NCBI GenBank assembly: GCA_046563655.1
Contig: CM102290.1
Span: 2,418,001 to 2,482,000 of the forward strand
DNA length: 64,000 bases
Direction: 5' to 3'
Origin: Yuukianura sp. NJ FZ-2021
Taxonomy: Eukaryota
Shown: positions 1-14,508 of the stretch, one piece after another
Position numbering within the stretch: the first letter of the stretch is position 1
Layout: the number at the start of each line of letters is the position of its first letter
Program-made: the position numbers and the translations under genes
The notes under the pieces: model-generated
Database searches by the model: none
What the model was told of the DNA's origin: nothing
Seen by the model: only the letters and a program-made list of their open reading frames with translations

Positions 1-3000
1 TGGTTGGTTCAGCTATGGTGTTGGCCCAGCTACAGCTTAGCGTCCGAGTTCTAACGCCTAATTTCTAAATTTAAGTCCGAACCAAAAGTAGGGTGGGCGG
101 GAGACTTAAATATTTGAAAATTCTCTGTTCTCATAATTGATCTTGATGGGATCCTAAAAGTATCCAGAGAGATCTTATACCTTTTCCTTAAGGTTTTTAG
201 TGTTTTGGTCGGTGAGGCCTCCAGAAGAAAAAAAAAGTTGGTTGGAAATCGGTATAAAAGGACACTAATTTGGAGCCGTAAAACTTTTTTCTTCCTGTTC
301 TTAACGTTTCTTACGTCTCCGCAGAGTGCTCATCCTCCTTTGTGTCCATCATCTTCAGACGTCGTAAAAGAGCGACGCTCAAGCCCCCCTTTCAAAAAAA
401 AGTAGTACTCGGTTCCAGAAGTACAATAAACTGAAACAATGCGTGCAGCAGAGGGCTTAAATTCTTTTGTCCGTGACCGATCATCACATTCGACAGACAC
501 AAGGGGAACTTTTTCCTTTTGAGAAAAGTATGAGATCTCTTACGGAAAAAGTAATCGAGTGCGCGGGAAGAGATCATTTTTGTTTTATACCTCATCAAAA
601 ATACATTAATGAGCAGCAACAGAAGAGTTTTGGAAAAGTAAGCGGGAAAATACGGAACAGAAAAAAAAACGGTTTGCGTTAAGTTTTCTTTTTTGAAAAC
701 TTAGATTTAGACGAGATTGAACTTAAGTCTATATAACTCTGGAACAGTCTGTATGACTGATGACTCTCATTTGGGAAGACATACGTTTTTGTTGGCGTGG
801 GATCTGTTGCATATTAGTGTTTCCAGGTTCACTTTTTAAATCAAAGTTTGTAGCCCTTGATTGAGTCAGTCATTATGATTCACGAGATCTGCTGGACCTA
901 TGTTGCGACCGCTAGGTCCAGCTGACTGACGAAACTTTGAAGTCGCTAGCTGTAGTTAAACCAAAATCATTTTTTTTTTGCAAAAACTGCAATTATGGCG
1001 GACGTTCAACCTATCTAGCAGTCCTGAGCGTGCAGTAGTCTAAAGTTCTCCAAGTACAACGAGTAATTAGCCTTAGCGTGCAATCCTCGACTCCAACGAA
1101 AGTAATCCAGAAAATCCGTTTTGAACTTGCATGCTCTTCATCTTTTGGAGTTGGGCGGGGGAGGATTCAAATTTGAAAAGTGTCTCTGGAAATCTTCAAA
1201 AACTTTCATTCCAAGTCTAATTTTTTTTTTCATTCCGCTCTTTAACTTATTTCCTTATGATTACAAGTGGATGTCTAACTTTTTTTTCAAAAGACGATTC
1301 CATGGCTCTGAGTAATTACGACTTTGAAAGATTCCAATTCTTTTTTAGAGAAGGAATGATATCTTTTTGTGAAGCACTCACACGTTGCCCTGCTGACCCT
1401 GACTCTAGAGCCACAAAATGATATCCAAGGGCTCAAAGGGTACCATTGAACCAGAAGAGAGTACTTTGGTTAGGTTATGTTAGAGTAGGTTGGGGAGGGG
1501 AGTCAAAGGGGGGTCGCAGGAGACGACACTTGAGTCACCCTCTCTCTTTTTACTTCGGTCCAAGAATTTATGATCTTTCTAATCCCAAACGGAAATTACG
1601 TCAAAGGGAATTCATATAAATACGATTTGAAAAGGAGTGCGGGAAGATATAAAAATCCTTATATACTTTTATTTATTACCATTATTCTCTCTCTTCGTTT
1701 TTTTCAAAATAGTGTGTTCCATTCCTACAATATCCAAGTGAGTACTAAATATCAATCTGCATTTTTAATCTCTTCGTCCTATCATTTTTACCCAACAACG
1801 AACGCTCTCTGCTTAATCACCCTTCGATTCCCCCTCAAAAACTAAAGGCTTCCCTGGGACTCTAAGTTTTTGAATTTTTTAAAATTTAAAATTGCGCTGC
1901 TTCCCTCTAAACCTTTCATCTTTCCCTTCGTGTCTTGTGTGTATGTCAAAGGAACATGGCCAGTGAACCAGCAACGCGTGAGCGAATTGGAAACTGGCGG
2001 CCGGGGGAAAGTTGAGACGCTGAGATTTGACTTTCCCTAGCTCCATCCCCCTTATTTTCTCCACAAATAATCACCCTCCCCCCGATCCAAGGGAGGGGAG
2101 GCTGATTTCTCTTTGTTCTTCGATTTTAATCCGATACGCCATGGGCACACTAAACCCTAACGACTTTCTAGCATTAACATCCATTTCCTACGTTTCTTTC
2201 TTAACGAAATCGCTGCATAACGAAAATCGAGTTAAGGGGAAAGTTTATAAGTTTCCAGCCAAGCTAGTTTCAAATTCAAAAGTTTCGAATGTGAGATTAT
2301 GGTATATTTTTGTTTGCAAATTTTTATTTTTGGGATTTTGTTTTTGTAGGTCAATGTTCCGAGTTGTAGCGAAGTTAAAGTTAATGTTAGGTTAGGCCCA
2401 TGCGTTTTCAGGCCCAAAGCTCTTGGAGTTTGTGTAGGTTTATGAAATGGACAGTTGGGTTTTGCGTTTGGAGCGCGAGATTTGAACGTTGTTGGGTTTA
2501 TTAGAAGATAGGAGAGGATCTTTATATTTATTAGATCTCTCTCCCCAACACCAAAGCCTGTCTTCTGTTCCAAACCTAAAAGTTAAAAGTTATTGGGAGT
2601 GAATGACGAAGGATAGGGGAGGGAGAAAGGCTTTTTGTATTGTAGTGGTGGTGGTGGCGGAATTACTCAAAATTAAGTCCATGGGATTTCAAATTCGACA
2701 ATTCCCTGGCTCCCCTCCCGCACTTTCCGCTTGCCAGCTTGCCCGTTCTTGTCGTCCCGCTTCCTTCTTCCGCAGCCTCGTTTTTGAAAAAGTAGTGCAG
2801 TTGAAAAGAAAAGTCCCATTAAGACATAGGACTACTCCACGATATGATATTAGAACCATTATTTTTTGGCAAGAAAGCGGACTTATAACTACTGTGCTTA
2901 GGACAGGGAAAAAGCATAAGCAGCTAGGGAAAAATTTCATCATTTCTTCACATGCAGATCTTTTACTATTCATTATTTTCAACGATTATTTCTTAAAAGC

Positions 3001-6000
3001 GATTTTGAAAAGGAGCGCCTCACAATAACTGTTTACTTTTCAAATAAAGAAGAGGGGGAAGGAAACGTCCATTGATGAACGGTCTATGTGATTAAAGTCG
3101 AAAAAAAAAACTTCTTGCACTTCAAACCAAAAAGTTGTGCTGGGTGTAAGTGACTCTTAGGTTTGAAAAGTTTGAACAGCTTGCCGCGCTTTTTTTTCAG
3201 CAGTAACTACGAAGCAAAGTTGTTTTTCAACAGAAAACGCAAATATTGCAAAATAAACATGTACGTAAAACGAACGGCAAAAATGCACAAAATTGTGAGA
3301 GAATACAAATTTTGCAATTTACGATCTTTTAATTTGTCAAAATCAAAGCTTATAGTTAGGTTTTGCCTGCAGCATTTTATACTTGCACTAATTTTTGCAC
3401 ATGCGGAGTGGCTCTTTCATCATTTTGGCACAAGCGTAGTTTCAAAAAAAATCTTAATTTTCAAATTCTAAATCGCCAGTCATAATCATAAATTGTAATT
3501 AACGTCCCCTTTAGTAGTCCAGTTTGAGTGGGAAAATAAGTCATATCACCCCAACAATTATATAACACACCACTAACTTTTTTTTGCTTTCTTTTGGTTC
3601 GTAATGCTTCTGACGGAAATACGAACTCGAATCACACTCCTAGTCATGATTCATGGGAAGGAGGGGAATTAATGTTTTGGAGGGGGGAAGACATTAATGT
3701 TGGGTGGGGAGGTTCAAGCATATTATGTTTTTTGAGAGTATGGATTGTTTGGACCCCTTCATATTTTTCTATGTTCAATTGAAATCCGCTCCTCTTTTTC
3801 TTAATTATTACACGACAACCAAGTTTTTAATGTAAGTTTGAATCGAACAACAGCAAAAGAGGGGGAAAACTCAAAATTCAATGGCTAGGTTGTTCTTGTT
3901 GTCTCTCTGTCCTAGAACCAGAAGGTTACCAGATGAGAATTTTAGTTTGCTAAGGGAATTGATATCGAAAAGTTGGCCAATGTTAGGCGACGATGGTGAT
4001 GGTTGTCATAAACGAATGAAAAAATAAGAGAGTCAAATGTCACCTAGAAAAGTGACATATGCGTCGAGGCTGTGATGGGAATCAGACTTACTAATCAAAT
4101 GTGGGCATCTTACACAGAAACTGCTTTTTCAATCTTTTTTTAAAATTAAAAAAATAGAACGGAAATCCTTCAATGACACATTTGGTTTCATTTGTGTCTG
4201 TGCAAAAATCTTGAAGGAAAAGAAAAGCTTTGTGGTGGTAGTATTCAAACATGTTTAGAAAAAAAAAGTAGTGAGCGGAAGGATACAAATTTAGAATCTG
4301 CCAATTTCGAAATGGAATCTAAATCTTTAGAATCTGTTAGAGTCAAAGGGGTTATAAAGAGAAAAGGCTTATAATAAAGTCATTCTATTACCAAGTGACA
4401 TTCAAACAGTTTTTAGAAAGCAAAAGAGGAAGCTTGTGAGTTACATTTGAACAGTTTTTTTTTTAAATTCCTGGCGGCTTCGTTCAAATAAGTTTGCCCA
4501 AAAAAACGTCCCTTGTGTAACACTCTGTCCTCTCATATTATTTTGATGAGCTGGACCAATTCCAAGAATTGTGATTGAGTTTAGCTGGATGGTGAATATC
4601 CACCACCGCCGAATTTTTTTCCAAATGATATTTTTGGTTTTAGTATGGAACAAATTAGTGGAGACAGAAGCCAAAATTTACAGTCGATTGACACATGTAT
4701 GTATAGTAAGAAGGAGTAGACAGAGAGACTCTGAAACGGTGTTCAACTAAACTTTTTTTTTCTAAATTGCTGTTTGAACAGTTATTTGAACACAACTTTG
4801 TTCCTTGTTCATACCATAAAGCCATCGCGGATGGAAATGATCTCATTGAGGCGGATGCTTCTGCCAATTAAGATCTTTTCGGATCTCTCGGTCTCGGTTT
4901 GAAAGAAAAAGAAACAGTTTTTTTCTTCTGTGTATTCCCGCTGGTGTACTATTTGATAGTTTCCTATTGGATTCCTAGTAGTTTTTTAAGATTTGTTAGT
5001 AGTTTTTTAGATTTGTAGTAGGTTCTAGTGTCGGCACTTGACAATTACACTTGACTCCTTTCCATGTTTCAATTTCAATAAGCCTCTTCATCCTTGATTC
5101 TCTCCAGATGTGAATCTCTTCTTTACTTTAGAAGTTTTTTGGATCAGAGTCTCACTGTTCAAATAACTGTTTGAAAAAAAAGTGAACTAAATCTGATAGA
5201 TACAAATAAAGTATATTTATAGATTTTTTGGGAACTAATACCTTCTAGTTCTTACTAAACATTCGAAACACTTTGATTCCTCTTCCGTCTTTTTTCCAAT
5301 TTCCAAAGTTTATTTATAGCGTCATCTTTTCTGCTCTTCTTTTTTGATTTTTTGAACACAAACAGTCAATTCAGATATTGAAAAACAACCACTTTTCTTG
5401 GGGTACCCGTAATTTGTACATTACTTTTTGTAAATGGCACAAGTGAATGCGGCATCTTAAAAGGTAGGAAATTTCTGTTTGTCTTTTGGGATTTTTTTTA
5501 GGAATTTGTATTCTGAAATAACAAATTTTCCGGGAAAGATTGATTGATAACGAAATGCAAGCTTTTATCAATTTTAATTTCCAACTTAAATTGAAATCGT
5601 TTTTTCATTCAGATGACTCTGTACTGTTTAAACACACTTGAATTTGAAGAGATTTGCAAAGACTCGAAGTCCTTTAAGTTTCAAGTGTGATGGTAGGATC
5701 GGTTTCAGGTAAACAAGTTTCAAGTATTTGCATTTTGGAAAAACGAAGAGATTTTCATGATCCAACTTTACAAAAAAAAAGTTTGGTTTTTGAAAATTTG
5801 AAGTTTTCTAAGGTTCTCTTCCAAGTAGGCTATATATGCTAGTGTTTATTTGAGGAGTTTTGATGTTATGGTAGTTGAATGAGTTTCCTGATGTTGGAAT
5901 AAACGTAGATGTGGCTGGGATGACTCGTGACATGGCTCCTTGGCCTGTTGAAACTGTTCGATTGGTTGAATTGAAATATTTAAGTGAGTATTTGGAAGTG

Positions 6001-9000
6001 GCATATTGGGCATTAGGGGATCGTTGTCCTTCAACCCTCCCGCTCCTTGTCATTATTCTTCAATCTGTCGGCCCAACCTCTTTGTAAAAAAAAAAAGATG
6101 AATCTGAGGAAGTTTGTTATGGGATTTGAACAGCGCAGTTAGTCAGCAGTTAACAGGATCTCTGTCCAATTCGTCTCTGGACTCAATAAATAATTGACCC
6201 CGTTCCACCCCCTCATGCTCTCCTACGATTGACATCTTTAGCCTAACTTTTGGAACGCCACAACGACAGACCTCTGTCCAAAACATGTCCAATCCTCCGC
6301 CCCACCCTCCTCTCCATCTGTCCTTGCAAACAATCAATCAAGAAGACGCAGACGAGCTCTTTAAATGACAACATAACGCTACCCATAATTTTCTAATTTC
6401 AAATACTCAGTCCATACGAACAGAATTAAAAGGAAAATTTGGCTGTCCACGGATTACGTCATCACCAAAAGTTCTCCTTGTACACTCATGCGTCCTGAAT
6501 TCAAATGGCCAATTCCTAAGAGAACCTAACCCACTAATCCTTTAACTTTAAATGTGTGTGATCATATTTCATCTCAAAGTGCCTTGGATTCAAAATCTGA
6601 CCGATTTTTTGAACTGCTGAGAGCAATTTGGGTGAATTTTTTGAAAAACTATTTGGTTATAGTGATTTGGAAAAGCGGGAGAGAGGGTTGACCGTCCAGG
6701 GTTCAAAAAAGCAACAAATGTCGGCACATTTTTCATCGATCACTCCACCATAAATCTCTGGGCAGAAAAAAGTTCCAATCTAATTTTATTAGCTTGAGTA
6801 ACTCGAGGTTGGAATGTTTTCAGGCCGTTCTTTGTTCGGAAAGTTAGGTTTCGAAGCTTATGCTGGGAATGTTAGGTTTCCATCTAATTGAAAAGACAAG
6901 GGAACCCAAAGCAGACATAGATAGTCATCGAATCTTTATTTTGAATCAGATCTGGGCCGGATGTGGGAGACTTTTATTACCCTGCCCACTCCGTTGTTCA
7001 CAATCCAATGAATGTCCCGCTGGGACAGTCAACCCTGGGACAAGCTGCGCTCACTAGTCGCCCAGGCTAGCGACAAGCTCAGCTAGTCACCGACCGTTGT
7101 AAAACCTTCTCTCGGCCATCGACCATTTGAGTTTCTTGGACTAGCAGCATATTAGATTTAGGTGGCGCATTCTCTCTGCCTCATCAAAGCCAACAGATAA
7201 TGAAGTGGATTTGGACTCCACAAGGGATTGTGTAGTAACTTTTAGGAAAATGCTTATTTATTATTAATGCTTGATTTTCATGGTTATGTAATTTTTGGAG
7301 GTTGGTTGAGGTTGACTGCCTCAGCTAGGATTTTCAACTCAAAAAAAGAAGGAACGATGACAAACCCCCTCGTAGAGACTCCTTTGCTTCAATGTTAATC
7401 TCTGCCTGGTAGTTAAAATTGGACAGAACCTATACTCATAAACTTCATGGTTATGACCTGAGTTAACGACTAGACAAAACAAGGCACACCACCACACCAT
7501 CACTATCACCACAGATTTCTAAACGAAACGTTTGATTTTTTTTTTGAAAACGGGCGCTTAAAATCCCTTCTTATTCTGATGACGACGCTTGAACTGTTTA
7601 AAGGCTTTACACTTTCAAAGTTTTTGGAGGCTTGACCAGACATTTTTTTAACGGAGAGTATAGAGCCATTACTTTGTCAATAATAATATTCATATGACAG
7701 TAATAACATCTGCTGTGGGCTGAGAAGCATAAAGAAAATATGAAAAATCATAAGTTAGAAAAGTACATGGAGGGGGTAAGCCCAAGCACAAATTTCATGG
7801 CAATGAATTTAAAAAAAAAAAGAACAAGAAATAGGAAGGAAAATTTATTAGATGACTTTTAACTTCTTGCTCAAAACAATTCTTCCTACCACCAGAAATT
7901 GAGTGGCGAATGAACATTTAAATTTTTCAATATTAGATTTTATAACTTTTTCTTTTCATTTTTGTACTACATTTTTTTTAATAAAAAAAGATTTGTGTCT
8001 AGACTTTGCGTGTAGATATGTCTATTTCCTGATAGCGTCAATCCTCTGATGTTGCTAATTTTCTGTCTCCTAAGTTTTAACAGCGCTCGATAAACTTCCA
8101 AAACAGTTTTCAATTTTTGCAACTTTTTTGAAAACTAAAAACGTGTTTTAGGTTAAGTTAGTTTTTGGGCTGAAAAAGTGATTTCGGCGGTAAGTTTTGT
8201 TTGGATTTTTTTTTGTTAAAACGTTGTTTTGGTTTAATGACTCCCAGTGGCATGATGGAGCGACATGGGCCTTACCTCCCCTCCATTGTCTCTGCCTGTC
8301 CAAGCGTTGACTGCCTAACTTAAAGTCCTTAACGGAGATGATTAAACGTAATTATTATTCTGGCCATAAGAGGCCTTAAGACAGGAAGCTATTGAGAGTC
8401 TCGAGCACTTTTGGGAACACAGTGCATGTCCTGCCGTGGACGGGGGTAGCAAAGTCCGCACGGTTTTTCAAGGAAATGGTTGTACACTTTTTTGAAAGGT
8501 GGTTGGTTTGGTTGGAAGGTGTCTCTTTTTTGGGGTGTAAATCAGCGATTCATTGGGACTGAACTATCTGGGCGATACATCTTGATAGACACTTTGGTTT
8601 CAAGAACTTTGGGAGCGGAAATCCTGTCCTGTCCTTAATAACACTTCCATCCCCACCCATGGGGGTTAAAGGGCTCTCTCCATCTGATTCTCCATTGTAC
8701 TTATCAATTGTTCAATTTATTTCGATGACTTCCACGCTACACTGCTCCCTTAACTATTTTTCAAACAGAGGCATATTGAGTTTGTGCATTGTCTTCCAAT
8801 TAATGCCCGACTCCATCCTCTTCCCATTCAAAACCAAACGCCAAACTTCATTATAGGGGTGAGGGGGTCAGAGCAGGAAATTAATTCTACGGAAAACGCA
8901 GTATCTTTCACCCCATTCCCGATCCGGGTGAGGGCAGCGGAATTTCAGAATTTATTTTTTTGAAAATGCTGCTGCATGTGTGAAATGCTTGTACGAGGAG

Positions 9001-9202
9001 CAGTACAAAGCAACCAAGGTGCTGGCGAATGAGTTACAAAAGGTCAATGACCTCTTGACACTTTTGAAGGTTTAGTGTGCTCGAAGTCTAACATAATCCC
9101 GCGATAGATAGTTTGGAAGTATCTAGGGGTGACGTTTGGAAAAAAATTTATAATCAGTGTAAATTGAAATTGAATTGAATTTTTTTATTTGTGAATTTGC
9201 AG

Positions 9203-12200
9203 GGAAGGAAGGACCGACAGGTAGTCTTCCGTCGTACCAAGAATCCGGAGCTGAGGATCGGATTGCTCATATCCTGTCGGAAGCCAACCACGTTCTCCAG
9301 CGAAATCAGTTTGGAGGAGTGGGGATGACGTATGAGTCGGTTTGTGAAGACAATGCAGGGACAGGAGATGACAAGTCTCCGTCTAGCAACAATAACGGGT
9401 CAAACAACAATGGACAAGGACCACCTTCTCCGTCAAGCTCATCGAGCCGAGATCGGAGACTGCGCAAGTACGAGAACGACGACATTTCACAGGAACAATT
9501 GGCTCGAATTTATCAAGAACAACTTGCCAAACACATTTTGTCACACGGAGTGTCGGAAGCTGAGCCCCGCTTACCCACTGAAGCCTTCCAAAGGTACGAG
9601 TCAAGTTACAATTTTTATAAGTTTTCACACAATTTTTTTAATTCTTTGAAGAAATTGGATCCTGTATGGCCACCACAAAGTTATCCGTGGAAATGAAACT
9701 TCAAAATATAATTTTTAAAATTTTTGTTTTGCAGTATGTTGTTTCCGCATCTATTCGGTGGATCACTTCTCGAGTCCGAAGAAATCCGAATGATTTTGGA
9801 TGCCTATCACCGCGGATTTTCCAAAATCGCTGCCGCATCTTCCAGTCCCCACTTTCGACCTGTCGTATTTCAACCGAACACTGGACCTACTACAGTCAAC
9901 GGAATTGGAAGTAGTGCCCAAGACCTGTCTCTACCCAAGCGACCATCTCCTGACCTGAATGAAAACGACGAACAGGTAAGTCATTCATCACCTTCTCCTT
10001 GAGCGGCGCCAAATTTAAAAAAAAAACGTTAAAAAAAGTTTATCTTTTGATAAACCCACACCGCGTTCACACTCCATCCCTAGTTCAATAAAACGTTAAA
10101 TTTCTCACCTCTGTATGGATGTTGATGTTGTAGAAAAAGTGCTCATAAAGTGGTTTTGATTGAATACTAATTAGGCTGTAGTGACTGGTTGATTGATGTC
10201 GGAGGACCAGGGAACACCTTTCCCTGGCACTACCTCGTATGCTTTACTGTGGAAATGAAACGATGAAATATAGGCAACAGAAGGAAAACATGATACTCGT
10301 AATGGCTAAATTCCCATGAGACTACGCCAGTATTCCTTTTCACAGTACATTTTTTTTCTTCGTTTTTTCAACTCTAATCCATGTACAACTATAAACATTT
10401 TAAGATGGGAGTGATGGGTTGTTGGGATTTGAAAAGGTTGATTTTGTGTAGCGATTGAATTTGACGTTAATTTCAATTCCAAAAATCAGCTTTGGCAATT
10501 TACCAAAAACCTAAAGAGCAATATCTGTAAATCACTCAAGCCAGTATACACTTGGCTTTGCTCATTCCCATTCCCACCACCACCAAAAACACATACGCTA
10601 AGAACAACTTATAGTCGGCCTACGACCACTCAGAGGCCGTAACTCATAAACAATTAAGGTAGTAGTGGTGGAACTTGTCATGGAGTGGCCATTGTGTCCG
10701 CCATATTTAAAGAAATCCCAGAGATTTACCACATTACATGAGGATCTACAGAATATCCGCCAATGGTTGTCATCATTCCTCATTTTCTTTAGTATTTCAT
10801 AGTTCAGTAGCAAACTCTCAAACAATTCAAACCAAAAAAAATTACCTTTACTTACCGTTTTTTAGTGAAACTCAAAATTTCGTTTGAATAAAAAATACAA
10901 AATATTTTTGAATATTTTGCCTGTACTGAAGTCAACCTTCTGGAAATATTGGGATATGTTGGCCATACAAAGTTGTAGTATGACCAAATTTGGCCATGGT
11001 GACTAAAGGTCTGTCATAACTTATCATGAACGCTTAAAACCCCAACTACCAAGTTGTAAATCCGAGGATTTATTAGGCATGAGGACTGAGGATTTCCTCA
11101 AAAATTAGTAGTTGAACTATGTCCGAGAGATACCAGTTCCTTAACTTTGGTCTCTCCTACTAAACAGAACCTATTATCGTTTAGTTCTAATGGTTTTTGC
11201 CTACTTTATTGATATGTTCTCCCACTTCAGTATGATAATTAGCCATTGAGATCGGATTTGTAGGTTGTATTTATGTTAAAAGACAGTCAATGACCACAGT
11301 ATAATTGTCCGCGCAACTCTTTCAATCTTTTTTAAACTGTCAACTTTAATTTAATTGTTCTTTTAATTTTTTTTCAGATGGAGAGTGATGATGCAACCGT
11401 GGACTCCGCCGTTCGGCCAGTTCCAAGTGCGTTTTCCCTAGTTCGACCAAAGGGGGGTGCTAGCGGGGGTGGGGAACAAAGCGGCGGTTCTGGAGCTCCG
11501 TCTCCGTTGGACTCCATTTTGCATCCCAGTGGAGACGACTCTTCAAATGCTTCACCGCTTCAACGCATGGCATCAATTACCAATTCCCTAATCTCTCAGG
11601 TACATTTTCAATTATACTTTCAAAATTTGGTCACTTCAGACTGCCCAACGAAAAATTTACACTGACCTTTAAAAATTTAACAAAGACGTTTTTTTTTCTG
11701 TACAGCCATCAACACCCACCGTGTCATCGCCAAATCAACGCCCACTCAAAGCCGTTCTTCCGCCAATTACGCAGCAACAGTTTGACCAATACAACAACCT
11801 CAATACAGAAGACATTGTAAGGAAGGTGAGCTTCTCACTTCCAATTTTACTTTAATTTACTTTACACCCATTTTTGCTCAAAGTTTAATTTCAAATTTTG
11901 ACCGCGAGTGAAATTTTGGACGCCATAAAATTTCTTTTCCCGAACACATTCTTTTACACAAAGACGCAACTCTCCTATCTCAGAATCTAATCTATCAAAC
12001 AAGTTTGACGTATTTTCATTGACAATTAATTTAGTAGTGGTGTGAAAAATTTGGGAGCGTCAAGGTTGTGATTCCCGAAAACTAATTTTTTTTTACAATG
12101 ACTTGAACAATCAACCTAAAATTTCAAGACCATAAAATTTCAACGTTTAATTTCAAATTGCTTTTTTTTTATTTCAGGTAAAGGAGCAGTTGAGTCAGTA

Positions 12201-14508
12201 CTCAATTTCTCAGCGACTGTTTGGTGAATCTGTCCTTGGCCTGTCGCAAGGGTCAGTGAGTGATCTCTTAGCACGACCGAAACCGTGGCACATGCTAACC
12301 CAGAAAGGCCGTGAGCCCTTCATTCGTATGAAGATGTTTCTGGAAGATGAAAATGCTGTTCATAAACTTGTGGCATCCCAGTACAAAATTGCACCAGAAA
12401 AACTCATGAGAACAGGTGGATATTCTGGAAATCCATGTTAGTCCGCTCTCAATTCAAGGGATTGTTTGCTTTCACTTTTTAAAAATTTCAATTTCTAACT
12501 TTTCATTTTAACACGATTTTGTGTTCTTGTTGATGGTTTGAGAGAGGAACTTCTCAATACCAAGGTTCAAAAAAAATTTCAAAAGTGAATTGACGATTTT
12601 TCTTTACTCTCTTGGCAGCTCCGAATGCTCCAAATTCAAAACCACCGCCAAAACCATCCGACGTTCCGAAAGCACCACTGGAATCTTCCCCGGTTCTGCC
12701 GATCCAACCGACTCTCATTTCTCCAGTTCCAGTCGTTCACGAAGTTTTGAAAAAGTCACCAATGTCTCAGTGCCGAACAGCAACCAGTCCAGTTTTAAAT
12801 TTGCGCTCCAATCATGGCTGCCTTCCGCAGCAACCCTCTGTATACGAAATGGCAGCTTTGACGCAGGATTTGGATACTCAACTCATAACTACCAAAATTA
12901 AAGAAGCTTTACTAGCTAACAACATTGGGCAAAAGGTACATTTTTGGCAAATTTCGAATTAAAACTACGTCATTTTATGAAAGAATATAATTAACTAATC
13001 GGTTGACTTTGGTTGATTGCAGATCTTTGGCGAAGTGGTGCTTGGTTTGTCACAAGGATCAGTGAGCGAGCTTTTATCAAAACCGAAGCCATGGCATATG
13101 CTGTCCATTAAAGGGCGGGAACCCTTCATTCGAATGCAACTTTGGCTCGCGGATCCGCTCAATATTGAGCGTCTTCAGCATTTGAAGAATGAGAGGCGGG
13201 AAGCAAATAAGCGGAAGCGTGGACTCACTCCGGGCGGAACTCCGCTCGATTCTTATACTGCTGGGACTCAGGGTTCGTCTGATGCGTCAAACGATTCTCC
13301 AAATGAATCTTACAGTCCTGGAAGTGGGAACACAGTACCACCAAGTAAAAAACAACGGGTAACGATTTTGGAAAATTTGTCTTTTTTTGAAAATTGAATA
13401 GGTTTGAACGATTTTTCCACTCGTAGGTTTTATTTACGGATGAGCAGAAAGAGGCCCTCAAGTTAGCATTCTCCCTGGATTCCTACCCCAATGTCTCAGC
13501 TATTGAATTCCTTGGAAGGGAACTAGGCCTATCTTCCAGAACAATCACAAATTGGTTCCACAATCATCGCATGCGCTTAAAACAACAAACTTCCAATCCA
13601 TCACTCCAAGGTCAGTACTTAACTAAAGTTTTTGTTTCGATGGTCAGAGGTCAGACAATTCATGCCATTTTGTTTTTCCAGAATCCTCCTTGTCCTCTCA
13701 ACAGCCGTTTGATCCAATTCAGTTCCGACTCCTTCTGCACCAGAGATTAATTGAAATGCACAAGTATAATTCGTTACCACTGTTTGGAGGTCACAACAAG
13801 ACTTTGTCAGATGAAGGTCTCGACCTCACAGTCAGTAACAATCCATCCCGAATTCCATCGGACTCTGAAGACGATGAATTTGACGACGGCCATGAAGAAG
13901 ATGTGGGTTTTCACTTTTGTAAAACTGCGTTAAAATTACTTTAAATTAATTTTCTATATTGTAGGGGAGCTCTGATGGGGGTGACTCTGCTACGTCAACT
14001 GGGAGCAAAGACTTGATTCGAAAACGGAAGTCAATACGGAAAATAGGGTTAAATTTAGCATGTGGACAACCCAGACCAAGTAATCCTCTCTCTGAACTTT
14101 TTTTTTAAATCAATGTTCCTTACCGGTTTCCAAAACATTGTTTTTGTCTTAGTCAAATTCTGTGGTGGTACTTCTGGGTCGTCTCGTCGGAAACCTGTCG
14201 CTCCTCAGTGGCTCAATCCATCTTGGCATGACGATAGCGACGATGATGAAGTGCTCATCAACGGAGTCTGCGTAGTTCAAAATCCCCTCAATTACGACAA
14301 ATATGGCGGCAAGAAACCATGCGATCCTCATCTTCACAAAGTCAAATTGAAGGGCGGGAAAGGTGACCTTGAGGGTGAAGAGAGTAATGGTCGCAGAAGT
14401 GAGTTACTACCTCATCATCGAGACGCCATAAATCACCGGGATATCAAAGACTCCGGTCCGATTAGAGCGGAAATGGATTACGGTTCCGAAAATGACTGTT
14501 CCGATTAA
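9203..14508 (+). CDS. ct: Homeobox protein cut / CUX-like, 3' portion (5' exons lie upstream of the window)
   Basis: GT-AG exons in a consistent frame: 9203-9593, 9735-9975, 11378-11599, 11706-11825, 12178-12436, 12619-12935, 13023-13358, 13427-13610, 13682-13902, 13965-14079, 14153-14508 (TAA). There are two CUT domains ([92 protein letters not shown]). A Cut-class homeodomain follows ([19 protein letters not shown]...[16 protein letters not shown]), then a C-terminal RRKPVAPQW motif. Confidence 0.95.

Noticed and set aside
205..8856. Many 60-140 aa ORFs upstream of the first cut exon
   Set aside because: Most use non-ATG starts, have low-complexity AT-rich composition and show no domains, consistent with chance ORFs in an intron.
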